Positions 1 to 9,900 of a stretch of DNA of 64,000 bases are shown here, piece after piece. This DNA comes from Minisyncoccota bacterium (GTDB lineage Bacteria; Patescibacteriota; Minisyncoccia; Phycocordibacterales; UBA2100): NCBI GenBank assembly GCA_965267345.1, contig OZ253947.1, positions 202,814 through 266,813 of the forward strand, read 5' to 3'. The position numbers and the translations under genes were made by a program. The notes under the pieces were generated by a model. That model saw nothing but the letters and a program-made list of their open reading frames with translations, made no database searches and was not told the origin of the DNA. Numbering within the stretch: the first letter of the stretch is position 1; each line of letters opens with the position of its first letter.

Positions 1-792
1 AAACACAATACCCGTGTAGTAATCGAAGCCGCGGGCGATGGTCGGATCGTGGTGCGCATTGGTGATGCCGTAGGCGCGCAATCGCTCAAACAGCTCGGTG
101 AGTTCGTGATTCTCGCCGATGTGTTCGTATGCGGCAATAAACTGCGTCGCTCGATCAGCACCGAGCAGTTCAGTGAGTTTTTCAGTGAACGCGGTATCAA
201 TGGCGTCCATTTTGTCGAGCAGTCGCATTAGTGCGGGACGCTCTTCGTTGCTAATACCCTGTTCAGTAAAAAGGTGCTCGGTGAGGTTGCGGCTATTTAC
301 GCGAATCTCAAAATCAGCTTCATGGGCGCCAAAGGCACGCATGATAGCGTGGGCGAGCGCAATCATTTCTGCATCACCCTCGGTGCCGGCAACGCCAAAA
401 AGGTCGGCATTAAGTTGCCAAAACTCACGCAAACGACCGCGTTGCGTACGTTCGTAGCGGAAGCAGTTTGGAATGGAGTACCAACGCAGCGGAAAGGAAA
501 GTTCGCGGTGTCGTGCGGCAACCATGCGTGCGACAGTTGGTGTCATCTCGGGACGCAGCGTGACTTCACGCCCGCCGCGATCCTCAAACGTATAGGTCTG
601 CTCGGTGACAATCTCCTCGCTCGTTTTACTTTTGTAGAGCTCTGCCGGCTCAAGAATGGAGGCGTCGTACGATTCGTATCCGAAGCTCTCACAGACGCCC
701 GCCATTGTGTTCGTGATGTAGTCGCGGATGAACTTGTCTTCAGGATAGAAGTCGCGAACCCCTTTGTAGCTCTCTGTGTTCCGTGCTGCCAT
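1..792 (-). CDS. hisS: Histidine--tRNA ligase (3' end runs off the window)
   Basis: Manual minus-strand translation from ATG 792: MAARNTESYKGVRDFYPED...LRPEMTPTVAR...FRYERTQRGRLREFWQ (class II motif 2)...IARGFDYYTGIVF. Confidence 0.95.
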   Translation of the reverse strand, partial: MAARNTESYKGVRDFYPEDKFIRDYITNTMAGVCESFGYESYDASILEPAELYKSKTSEEIVTEQTYTFEDRGGREVTLRPEMTPTVARMVAARHRELSFPLRWYSIPNCFRYERTQRGRLREFWQLNADLFGVAGTEGDAEMIALAHAIMRAFGAHEADFEIRVNSRNLTEHLFTEQGISNEERPALMRLLDKMDAIDTAFTEKLTELLGADRATQFIAAYEHIGENHELTELFERLRAYGITNAHHDPTIARGFDYYTGIVF

Positions 793-836
793 TGCGCAAA
801 TAGTAGCAGAAAACCCAGTATGTGTCTTGCAGCAGA

Positions 837-1406
837 CTACTCACTCTGGGTGGGCCGCTGTTCGAGATTGTATTCAAATCGACTCTTGTGTTCGGTGGCA
901 ATGTCGACGTACGCGAGAATCATATTGCGCACATCACTGGGTCGCGAAATGCCCTCAATGAGGTAGAAGCTTGCTTCGGGACCGGCGGTTTGCACCTGCA
1001 GGTTACCGAATCGCAGTAGTGTCGCGAAGATGCCGTGCGTCTCAACCTTAATGTCCTGCACGCGCTCAATGCGGAGTGTCGATGTGTCGCGCTTAAACAA
1101 GCGCACTTGATTGACGTTAACGATGCGCTTATCGGTGACAATCCACACATCAAGGTAGTAATTCGTCCAGATGGTAAACAGGATGATCCAGATGAGTAGT
1201 AGCCACACGCTGGTAACAAAACCGGCCGCAGCGGGGTGGATGGTTAGGTACGGGGCAATAAAGGGCACCGCGACAAAAGGGAGCGCCCCGACGGCAAGAA
1301 TGCCGATACTTTCACTGAAGTTTACAAACCAGTGCTTGCGCACCACCGCCCGTACGAATTCGTCGGGTTGCAGATGGATGTTACATGCTTGGAGGGCGTC
1401 TTTCAT
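837..1406 (-). CDS. Membrane protein with bacterial PH (bPH_2/YdbS-like) domain
   Basis: Two TM helices then WIVTDKRIV...RIQ/VQDIKVETHGIFATLLRFGNLQVQTAG; start moved to MKDAL. Confidence 0.8.
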   Translation of the reverse strand: MKDALQACNIHLQPDEFVRAVVRKHWFVNFSESIGILAVGALPFVAVPFIAPYLTIHPAAAGFVTSVWLLLIWIILFTIWTNYYLDVWIVTDKRIVNVNQVRLFKRDTSTLRIERVQDIKVETHGIFATLLRFGNLQVQTAGPEASFYLIEGISRPSDVRNMILAYVDIATEHKSRFEYNLEQRPTQSE

Positions 1407-1414
1407 ACTCTGTA

Positions 1415-1666
1415 TTAGAGGGTTGCAAGCGTTACCGTATGCACAATGAGTGAAATAATGAACACTACACCGATGACGAGATACACTGCAGTGGCTGCCT
1501 GTGCCACTCGTGCATTCATGCTGTACGAGAACCAGTGGTAGATAAGCACGATGCTGTAGAGTGCGCAGGCGACGATGATGAGTGTACACACCACCACCCA
1601 CGCGGTCGGGCCAAGCTGGCTTACCAGTGCACCTTGTGCCGCTGATTCGGTAGTCAAAGCCTCCAT
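1415..1666 (-). CDS. Small membrane protein
   Basis: 83 aa, two hydrophobic helices, co-oriented upstream of the PH gene and hisS. Confidence 0.7.
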   Translation of the reverse strand: MEALTTESAAQGALVSQLGPTAWVVVCTLIIVACALYSIVLIYHWFSYSMNARVAQAATAVYLVIGVVFIISLIVHTVTLATL

Positions 1667-1687
1667 TACTCTATATAGTACAGCCGT

Positions 1688-2095
1688 ATGATTGAATCAC
1701 AAACACCCACTGTCGTCGTAAAGCGCTCGGTACGCGGTATGGGGCTCGGCCTCTTTGCGGCGCGACCGATTCTTAAAGGCGAACACATTCTCGACTACAC
1801 GGGTGACATTATCACTGCCGAAGAGGCAGATACGCGCGACACACGGTATTTATTTGAAATTGATGATCGCTACGTCATTGACGGCACCACGCGCAGTAAC
1901 ATTGCGCGCTACATGAACCACTTCTGTCGCCCAAATGTTGAGGCAGAGGTCATTGCCGGTGAGGTAAAATTTTTTGCATTGCGCAATATCGACGCAGGTG
2001 AAGAGCTGGGCTTTGACTACGGGACTGACTACGTAGCGCAATTTATTGCGCCAAAGGGATGCCAGTGTCCGACACACCGCGATCCTGCACGGTAA
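1688..2095 (+). CDS. SET-domain protein-lysine methyltransferase
   Basis: GMGLGLFA, ARYMNHFCRPN, GEELGFDYG and post-SET-like CQC motifs. Confidence 0.92.
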   Translation: MIESQTPTVVVKRSVRGMGLGLFAARPILKGEHILDYTGDIITAEEADTRDTRYLFEIDDRYVIDGTTRSNIARYMNHFCRPNVEAEVIAGEVKFFALRNIDAGEELGFDYGTDYVAQFIAPKGCQCPTHRDPAR

Positions 2096-2205
2096 TGTCG
2101 GCCGGCTGCTGTGTCAGCGACGCCCAGAGGGCAAATGCAATTGCCGAGAGGATAAGTGCCAGTACAAGACGCCACACCATTGTGCGCAGTATACCGTATA
2201 GGGAA

Positions 2206-2982
2206 CTATTCGCGAATGCGCCATCCACGACGCAAGAGCGACCAGACGACAATGCCGAGACTCAGTACGAGTCCGGAAATGAGTGCTGCGCCGACAAGAA
2301 GATTTGAATCGTGAATACCTACCATGGCGTAGCGGACGCCATCAACAAGGTAGAAGAACGGGTTGAAGAGTGTAACGGTCTGACCAAGTGGTGGCAGCAT
2401 GTCCAGTGTGTAGAACATACCACCGAGGAACGAGAGCGGCAGAATAATAAAGGTACTGAGAATGTTGAGTTGCTCGAAGCTCTTTGCCGCTAAACCGGTG
2501 ATGATACCAAGGAGGCTGAAGATGACCGAGATCCCAATAATGTAGAGCAAGAACAACAAAGGGTACTGCATGTGGACGGCACCAAACGCCACCCCGACCA
2601 GCACAATAGCAACGCCGACGATAACCGCACGCAGCACCGCGCTGACGACGTAGCCAACCAGCATCTCTAAATATGAAAGCGGTGCGACGAGTAACTCTTC
2701 AATACTGTGAATGAAGCGGGCGAAGTATAGCGCACTTGAAGAGTGGGTGAAGGCTGAGGTAAGCACGTTCATGGTGAGAATACCGGGAAAAACGAATACG
2801 ATGTAGGGGACGCCGCCAATCAGGTCAATACGCGTGCCCACGACTGAGCCGAAGACGAAAATAAACAGCGATGCAGAAATGAGCGGACTGAAAATGGTCT
2901 GAATGACCACGCGGAACGTGCGCTCAATTTCTCGTCGTACTAATGTGTAGAGTCCAATCCAGTTCATATTCATACTAGGCAT
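2206..2982 (-). CDS. ABC-2 type transporter permease (YadH-like)
   Basis: Six TM segments, IEELLVAPLS, LGGMFY...NPFFYLVDGVRY. Confidence 0.9.
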   Translation of the reverse strand: MPSMNMNWIGLYTLVRREIERTFRVVIQTIFSPLISASLFIFVFGSVVGTRIDLIGGVPYIVFVFPGILTMNVLTSAFTHSSSALYFARFIHSIEELLVAPLSYLEMLVGYVVSAVLRAVIVGVAIVLVGVAFGAVHMQYPLLFLLYIIGISVIFSLLGIITGLAAKSFEQLNILSTFIILPLSFLGGMFYTLDMLPPLGQTVTLFNPFFYLVDGVRYAMVGIHDSNLLVGAALISGLVLSLGIVVWSLLRRGWRIRE

Positions 2983-3709
2983 CCTGTTTCATCACATCGA
3001 GATAGACATCTTCGAGTTTTTTCCCGCCGGCAATAAGTTCCTGCTTCGTGCCGGTTTTGATGATTTTTCCATGATTAATAAAAGCGATGTCTTCAGCGAG
3101 CAATTCAACTTCATCGAGGTAGTGTGAGGTCAGCAAAATCGTTTTACCGGCCTGTGAGAGCTGGCGCAGGTAGCCCCACAGCTCCCGCCGCAGCTCAACA
3201 TCAACGCCTGCGGTTGGCTCATCAAGAATGAGGAGCTCAGGGTCGTGTACGAGGGCGCGTGCGAGCACCACGCGGCGCTTGAGACCGCCCGAGAGCTCTT
3301 GGAACTTCTTGTGCTTGTGTGGCTCAAGATTGAATTGCGTGAGCAGCTCAGCAATGCGCTCGCGACGTTCTGCCTTACGGAGTCCGTAGTACCCGGCGAC
3401 GTAATCGAGGAGTTTCCAGACCTCCGAAAAGATGTCGACATTAAACTCCTGTGGTGCAATACCCACCGTACGACGCGAGGCGCGGTAGTCCTGTTCGACA
3501 TCGATACCAAAGGTGTGAATTGAGCCGCTGGTAATTTTAGTGATACCGACGATGCAGTTAATGGTTGTTGACTTACCGGCGCCGTTTGGTCCGAGGAGTC
3601 CTAAAAAGCCGCCACGTTTGAGGGTAAGTGAAATATCATCAACGGCAACGGTACTACCGTACGTCTTTTTGAGGTGCTCAATTGCCAGCGCAGGTGCATC
3701 GGTATCCAT
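2975..3709 (-). CDS. ABC transporter ATP-binding protein (YadG-like)
   Basis: Walker A GPNGAGKST, signature LSGG, Walker B LILDEPT, H-loop TSH; start at MDTDA. Confidence 0.93.
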   Translation of the reverse strand: MDTDAPALAIEHLKKTYGSTVAVDDISLTLKRGGFLGLLGPNGAGKSTTINCIVGITKITSGSIHTFGIDVEQDYRASRRTVGIAPQEFNVDIFSEVWKLLDYVAGYYGLRKAERRERIAELLTQFNLEPHKHKKFQELSGGLKRRVVLARALVHDPELLILDEPTAGVDVELRRELWGYLRQLSQAGKTILLTSHYLDEVELLAEDIAFINHGKIIKTGTKQELIAGGKKLEDVYLDVMKQDA

Positions 3710-3881
3710 AGGGTGCAGAGTATAGCACAGGCATGCCGGCACATCTGTGCATAAGGTGGCGCTGCGGCAGTGTGGTACCATGAGGCCAGTTTCGAATGCG
3801 GTTTGTGTGCAGGGTGTTCTCTTTCGTCGTGCAGCAATCGAGTCGAACAGGTCAGCAATTAGTAGAACAAACGTGTACACA

Positions 3882-4160
3882 ATGGACGAACAGCGAAAAA
3901 TGTTCACCGGTAACTGGACCTGCTCACAATGTGGCGGTCCAATTACTGAATTGCCGTTCGAGCCTGATCCGGCTCGTGAGGGCACGCTTATGTGTCGTGA
4001 CTGTCACCGCAAGCGCCAAGGCGCCGACCGTCCACGACAGGAGCGCACGATGCACGAAGGAAATTGGACGTGTGCAGATTGCAGCGGTGCGATCACCAGC
4101 TTGCCGTTTCAGCCGCGCGACACCAGCAATCTGAAGTGCCGTGACTGCTTCCGCAAGTAG
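3882..4160 (+). CDS. Tandem CxxC-x17-CxxC zinc-ribbon protein
   Basis: Two repeats WTCSQCG..ITELPFEP...CRDC and WTCADCS..ITSLPFQP...CRDC. Confidence 0.88.
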   Translation: MDEQRKMFTGNWTCSQCGGPITELPFEPDPAREGTLMCRDCHRKRQGADRPRQERTMHEGNWTCADCSGAITSLPFQPRDTSNLKCRDCFRK

Positions 4161-4178
4161 CTAGCGCGCGGATACCAA

Positions 4179-4217
4179 ATGCAAAACGCCTGTCGTCGTA
4201 CGACAGGCGTTTTGCAT
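4179..4217 (+). terminator. Perfect 18-bp hairpin, probable intrinsic terminator
   Basis: ATGCAAAACGCCTGTCGT-CGT-ACGACAGGCGTTTTGCAT just after the zinc-ribbon gene. Confidence 0.75.
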
Positions 4218-4250
4218 GACAGGATACGCACAAGTGCGTACAATACGCGT

Positions 4251-4913
4251 ATGGACGTTGCACTCGAGCCATCGTGGAAAACACACCTTGCACCGGAATT
4301 CACCAAGCCGTATTTTACGGAGCTTCGCGACTTTGTGCGCAGTGAATACACGAGTGCGACGGTGTACCCGCATCCCAAGCAGCTCTTTCGCGCATTTGAC
4401 CTGTGTCCGTTTGACGCGGTGAAAGTGGTGATTCTTGGTCAGGATCCGTACCACGGACAAGGGCAGGCAAACGGCCTGTGCTTTGCGGTGAATGAAGGAG
4501 TCACGCTCCCGCCGTCATTAAAAAATATCTTTAAAGAAATCGAGAGTGACATTGGGCACGTAGCTGAGCATTCAGGCAATCTTGAACGATGGGCGCGGCA
4601 GGGGGTGCTACTGCTCAACGCGACACTAACAGTGCGCGCACGCACTGCTGGCTCACATCAGGGGAAGGGTTGGGAAGAGTTTACCGATGCGGCGATCCGA
4701 GCGCTTTCTGAAGAGCGCGAACACCTCGTGTTTATGCTTTGGGGTAAGTATGCGCAGCAAAAAGGGAAGGATATCGATTGGACCAAACACCTTGTGCTTG
4801 AGGCGCCGCATCCATCGCCGTTTTCAGCACACAGTGGCTTTTTCGGCTGCAAGCATTTCAGTCAGGCAAATGAGTATCTAAAAGCGCACGGCAAAACACC
4901 CATCGAGTGGTAG
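4251..4913 (+). CDS. ung: Uracil-DNA glycosylase family 1
   Basis: VVILGQDPYH, GVLLLN, HPSPFS motifs; TACAAT lies 6 nt before ATG 4251. Confidence 0.96.
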   Translation: MDVALEPSWKTHLAPEFTKPYFTELRDFVRSEYTSATVYPHPKQLFRAFDLCPFDAVKVVILGQDPYHGQGQANGLCFAVNEGVTLPPSLKNIFKEIESDIGHVAEHSGNLERWARQGVLLLNATLTVRARTAGSHQGKGWEEFTDAAIRALSEEREHLVFMLWGKYAQQKGKDIDWTKHLVLEAPHPSPFSAHSGFFGCKHFSQANEYLKAHGKTPIEW

Positions 4914-4922
4914 CGGCAGCGC

Positions 4923-5057
4923 GCACGAGGACCGCCCTCGTGCAAAGCTGGTTGCACCCGCATAAACAAGGACCGACCTTGTTGTGTCGCATACAAGGTC
5001 GGTCCTTGTTTACTTGGCTCTGCGAGCGAGCCTTAGCGAAACAAGGTCGGTCCTTGT
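4923..5057. repeat. Cluster of REP-like palindromes
   Basis: ACAAGGACCGACCTTGT at 4966-4982; its reverse complement at 4993-5009 and 5041-5057; variant GCACGAGGACCGCCCTCGTGC at 4923-4943. Confidence 0.8.
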
Positions 5058-5082
5058 ATATGGGAGGGATTTTTTGTGTTGG

Positions 5083-6153
5083 TTAGAGTCGGGTGTTGAT
5101 CGTTTCAACCGGCTCAGGGGTTTCTTCAACCGTGAACGTTTCGCGGCCGATCAGTACGCCGCGTGACGTTTCGACGTTGCAGCGCCATGTTCCCGCGGTA
5201 AGGCGGCCGGTTTGTGTGTAGCCGCGGAAGCCCTCATCGCGTCCACCGGCAATACCAAACGGGATACGCGAGACAGTGCGCCATGAGTCGGTGCCCGCCT
5301 CATAGACTTCCCAGCGATGTCGAATATTTGTTTCCAGCCCGGGAGGTGCAAAGACTGAGCTAAAGCAGAACGCATCTGCGCCGGTGCGGTGGTGGAACGT
5401 ACTATTAGTGTCCCGCCAAAATGCGTACCACTCGGGTTCTTCGTACTCTGCCAAGTAGACGCTCCCTTCGCGCGTGACGTGGTGGTAGATACCAATATGT
5501 TTCAGTGCGAGTGGTACCGGCGGAATGGCGTGAATAAAGTAGAGAAACATAAAGACTATGGCAACGGCACCAACCGAGAGCTTCATAGTTTTGAAGCGAA
5601 CGGTAACGTCTTCTGGGGTGACGTACTGTACGAGGGTAATGAGTCCGGCAGCGATCGCCAGCGCAACAGCGACACTACCGAGGAATGTCCATACGCTGAT
5701 ACTCCCGACGATGATCGGCACGACGAGCGCGGCATAGGTGAGCAGCAGGACAAACCAAATGACAACCCGCAGATGTGCTCGTGCGTAGCGATTTTTCAAA
5801 AACTCATTTCCGAGAAAGAGAGCCGCGAGCATACTGAGAAAAATCGCACTACCCACCAATGTACCCGAGCGCGTATACAGGATGAGCAGTGCACTCGCGA
5901 GGTTACCGAAACTGAATTGCAGTACACCTAGTAGCGCAATGCGGTAGTATTCTGTGCGCGCAACGGTACGTGACTGCAATGTAACAACGGCAATAGCACT
6001 GAGTGTGAGGTAGCCGATGATAACGGCGTTTTCAAAGAACGCATCAGGACGATTGAGAGTAAAGATATCAAATACGAGTCCCGCGATGAGGGCGAGTGTT
6101 GGAATAAAGGGCAGGTAGGGTTTGAGATAGTGGGGAAGCGAAATACGCGGCAT
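5083..6153 (-). CDS. Multi-pass membrane protein with C-terminal DUF2914-like domain
   Basis: About 8 TM helices then GGRDEGFRGYT...GTWRCNVETSRGVLIGR. Confidence 0.8.
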   Translation of the reverse strand: MPRISLPHYLKPYLPFIPTLALIAGLVFDIFTLNRPDAFFENAVIIGYLTLSAIAVVTLQSRTVARTEYYRIALLGVLQFSFGNLASALLILYTRSGTLVGSAIFLSMLAALFLGNEFLKNRYARAHLRVVIWFVLLLTYAALVVPIIVGSISVWTFLGSVAVALAIAAGLITLVQYVTPEDVTVRFKTMKLSVGAVAIVFMFLYFIHAIPPVPLALKHIGIYHHVTREGSVYLAEYEEPEWYAFWRDTNSTFHHRTGADAFCFSSVFAPPGLETNIRHRWEVYEAGTDSWRTVSRIPFGIAGGRDEGFRGYTQTGRLTAGTWRCNVETSRGVLIGRETFTVEETPEPVETINTRL

Positions 6154-6262
6154 ATAGCCCTATGCTAGCAGAGACAGAAGACGTTATCCACGCAAGGTCG
6201 TACACAAGAGCACCAGACGCGTATACTAGGAGTGATTAACAGCTTTAATCGTATTGCGTATC

Positions 6263-6478
6263 ATGGATATTCTTACAACACTTCAGGTGCTTGCGTTAGT
6301 ACTCGCTCTCGGTACCGCATACTCGTGGTATCAATTTTATAAGGTGCTTGCAAAAAAGTGCGATACCTGTTCAGTTGATTTGCACCAGAGCCCTTTCAAA
6401 TCAAAGTGTTTTGTGGGCGCTGTCTTTTTCACTGCTGCATTTGTTCTTGCGCTCTACGCGCTATCGCTAGTAGCCTAG
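6263..6478 (+). CDS. Small two-TM protein with CxxC...C loop
   Basis: TM-KKCDTC...SKCF-TM, 71 aa from ATG 6263. Confidence 0.65.
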   Translation: MDILTTLQVLALVLALGTAYSWYQFYKVLAKKCDTCSVDLHQSPFKSKCFVGAVFFTAAFVLALYALSLVA

Positions 6479-6512
6479 TATAGGAAACTGTATACAAAAA
6501 AACCGGGACAAC

Positions 6513-6767
6513 TTACGTTGCCCCGGTAGTTTTCAGTGTGTCGATCTCCGAGCGCGGATATTGTCTTCCAGTCGCTCCACATCTCAAATCTCCGCGTCGC
6601 GGGTTGAAATGTGATGGGATGTAGAGTTTATCTGCGTCGTTATCTCTCTGAGAGAGCCAAACGTTCCCACCACACTCCGGGCATTGAATCTGCACAGGAG
6701 AAGCGCTAGGGAGCGACGGTGCTGGTGCACCCGAGGGTGATATCTTCCGCCCTGTGTAGCGATCCAT
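6513..6767 (-). CDS. Hypothetical protein with CxxC (possible zinc ribbon)
   Basis: CPECGG...H...C; strong GGAGG site upstream of ATG. Confidence 0.6.
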   Translation of the reverse strand: MDRYTGRKISPSGAPAPSLPSASPVQIQCPECGGNVWLSQRDNDADKLYIPSHFNPRRGDLRCGATGRQYPRSEIDTLKTTGAT

Positions 6768-6923
6768 GTTGTACCTCCATCAAAGACCCACCGCCCCCAA
6801 GAATGCTGGAGTGGGTGCTCAAAGTCAATAACACACTAGTCCACACGTCGTACGTACGCACACAACGGTGCTTGGTATGTAGTGCTATGCTAGGAATAAT
6901 GAGAGAGGTAGTTATGACGAGCT

Positions 6924-9900
6924 ATGGATGGGATTGAACGCGGCACTGGCGCCGGCAAAACTCCTGACGGAGATGTTGAGGCAAATGAACAGGCGCTTGC
7001 GCGGGAAGAGATCCACAAGGCTCTTGAAGGAAAGGGCGAACTGTCTGACATTCCTGCTACTGTTGCAAAAATAGTTGAGCAAGCAAATGAGCGATCGCGG
7101 GGATTCTCACCGAAAATATCCTCGGAGGATCTCACATCAGTGCTCACGAGCGTGCGTGAAGCACATCCTGAATACGCAGCGGCACTTGAACAAAAGGCGG
7201 AGCGACGGGCGCTCGAACAAGTCATCTCACGTCTGTACGCCATCGATATGGTTGGACGCATGCGAACGTCAGCCACGAAACGCTTTGAGTTGGAAGTAAA
7301 AAAAGCACAGCGGCAGTTACAGAGTGCACAGACAAACGAAGAGAAAGAAGAGGTACGCAAAAACCTTGAAACCCTCAAGAATGATATTGAAGCAGAACAC
7401 AAAAAGTTTGCCGACATGGAGAGGAAAGTGCGTACGGCGTCAATCGAAACGTCGGTGCAAGATATTCTGGATGATGCGATACCGGATACCTTAGGGGTGA
7501 AAGACGCAATGGGTCGCGAGGCGATCAAAAATACCGTGCGCTTTGCACGAGGAGCTATTGATAAAATGAAAAACCGAGGCAAGCCTGATGCTGTCGGGTT
7601 CCTCAAAACTATCCAAGGGAAATTACCATCATTCTATCCGCGTCGCGGTGAGAGTGACCAGGTAAAAGAAAGTCGCGAAACAGCCCGCGAAGTAGCCAAG
7701 GATCTCAGCATCGAGATTGCTGAGCTCAATGAGTATGGCGATCGTGACATTCGCAAACAGCCCGTATACCCGAAAACACACTTCCGCTGGTGGCATCCGC
7801 AGGAGATGGCAGCACGAAGTGGCATTGGTCGCGCTGGTGAATGGGTCACCTCATATCTGGAAACACTGGGGCTTGTGTCGGCGTTTTCATACGGTGTTGC
7901 TACGACGCTTGACTTGCCACCTGTCTCGCTTAGTAACAACCCGGTTGGCTGGAGTGCGCTTGCCGTTGCGACAGGAGCACTTCTCGTGCGACAGTCGCTC
8001 GCATTCAAATCTGATGTTGAGAAAGAAGCACTCAGATCAAAGCGCACACTATCAAATAAGATTCCCGTATGGATGTTCCCACTCCGTGCTGTTGCCAGTA
8101 CGCTTGAGACAACGGGTATTTTTCTCAAAACTGCAGCAAAACATCCGGTGCGTGCATCGGCTGCAGGTATATCAACATGGGCAGTTGGTACCGCATTGAC
8201 GAAAGCCATACTTATCTCCTTGCAATCGCAAGCAGTGACCGAACAGGGTGTTGCGGGTCATGTGGATGCGGTGAAGCAAGAGTTGAGCCAGCTCGAAGAC
8301 GTTGATGGCCTTACGCCAAGTATGAAGTTGTTTGATGGTCTTATCGATCTTTCAGGATTCGTACCTGAAGGAATGTTTGGCAGCAATCAACCGAAAGAGC
8401 GGCAGCCAGGTGAAGGACTCACGGTGACGGAGCGTGTTGAAAATCAGCCCGACGCTCTTTTACATAGAATGCAGGTAGCCATTAAAGCAGAAGCTGGCGA
8501 CCCTGACGCCATGAGAGAGGCAAAAAAGTGGGGCATCCCACTGTCGGGAACTGCTGGATTGGGACCGCGTGCCGTTGCGCTAGCACAACTCATTGGCCTA
8601 ACGCTTGATGAAGCGCGAGCACTTACCGGTCGCGATGACGGCACCATTCAAGAGACGTCAGCAGAGGTGCGCGCAGGACGTGAGAAAATCCGCACTTTCG
8701 CACAATCACACGGTCTTAGTGACTATATGATCGAGGAGGATATGCAAGATCCACAACTGGTGGTGCGTGCACTGTCTGAACAGTTCAGTGATTCGATCAG
8801 TGATGACATTTCAGAATTCACCAGTAACTACGATCTATTCTTCAGCACGATTAATGATGTGACATCAGCAACGACTGCCACAGCATTTATAAACACACTC
8901 GGAGCGGGACAACCAACACCGAGCCCAGATGACGTGAAGCGAGCAGCTGACCAACTCAAAGCATCGGCTCGAAACATTCAGACCGAGTACGATGAGTACA
9001 GCAATAAGGTATCCGATTTGAGCCGGATTATGGGCGAGAGCATTAAAGCAGTGTACGTTGAAAACAATACCGCAGGAGCACAGTTTATCGATGTAAACAA
9101 AATCGCACTTACTCCTGAACCACTGAAGCTTGATTTCACGAACCTCGACCGCATGGTTGCCGATATAGAGACGACGATGCAGGAAGTGGGGGTCGATAAG
9201 CGCCCTGATGCTATTGGTGATCCAAAAGCTGAGCAGACGCGCTTTGAAGAGTACATGCAGGACGCGGGGATTCGCCTCGACAACCTTGCCGAGTTTTTAA
9301 GTCCCTTTAACGAGATTGAAACCATTGTCGCACTTGAAGCGGGTGAGGATCTCGATCCGGAAATTCGTGACCAACGCGTATTTAATAAAACTATGCAGAT
9401 TCTTGGCATGTCATTGGCGATTCAATTTGCAATGCTACTTGCCGTGAACATTCCGGCAACGCGACGATTGCAACGCGTGCAGGAACAGTGGGGCGAACAA
9501 AATTCGGAACTCATTACCAATGCGGAAGGGCAGATTGTCGACTTCATACACAAGCGTATGAACCGACTCATACATCAGGCACATGCAACGATTAATCGAC
9601 TCGAGAAAAAGCACAAGAGTGTTAAATTCGCGTTCCCCTATGAGCCGGTTGCGCAGAGCGACGTACGACGAGTATTGCGTGCGGTTGGCACTGAAGACTA
9701 CATCAAACAAAACCAAATCATGCAGCTTCTGAGTAAGGGTCCCGACATTGATTTGTCAATCAACAATCGATACTCAAACTGGCTTTTTGCCCTTGGGGAC
9801 CACAAAAATGTTCAGACTATTATTAACGAACTCTTGCCGGGCTGGGACGATGGGCGCCGCCACATTGAGCAGCTGCAGCGTGAATCAGGTGAGAAGCCGG

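Noticed and set aside
274-966. 230-aa plus-strand ORF
   Set aside because: Antisense shadow of hisS, which the ORF track missed because it runs off the window.
4923-5057. CRISPR array
   Set aside because: Repeats are only 17 bp, in mixed orientation and irregularly spaced; no cas genes in the window.
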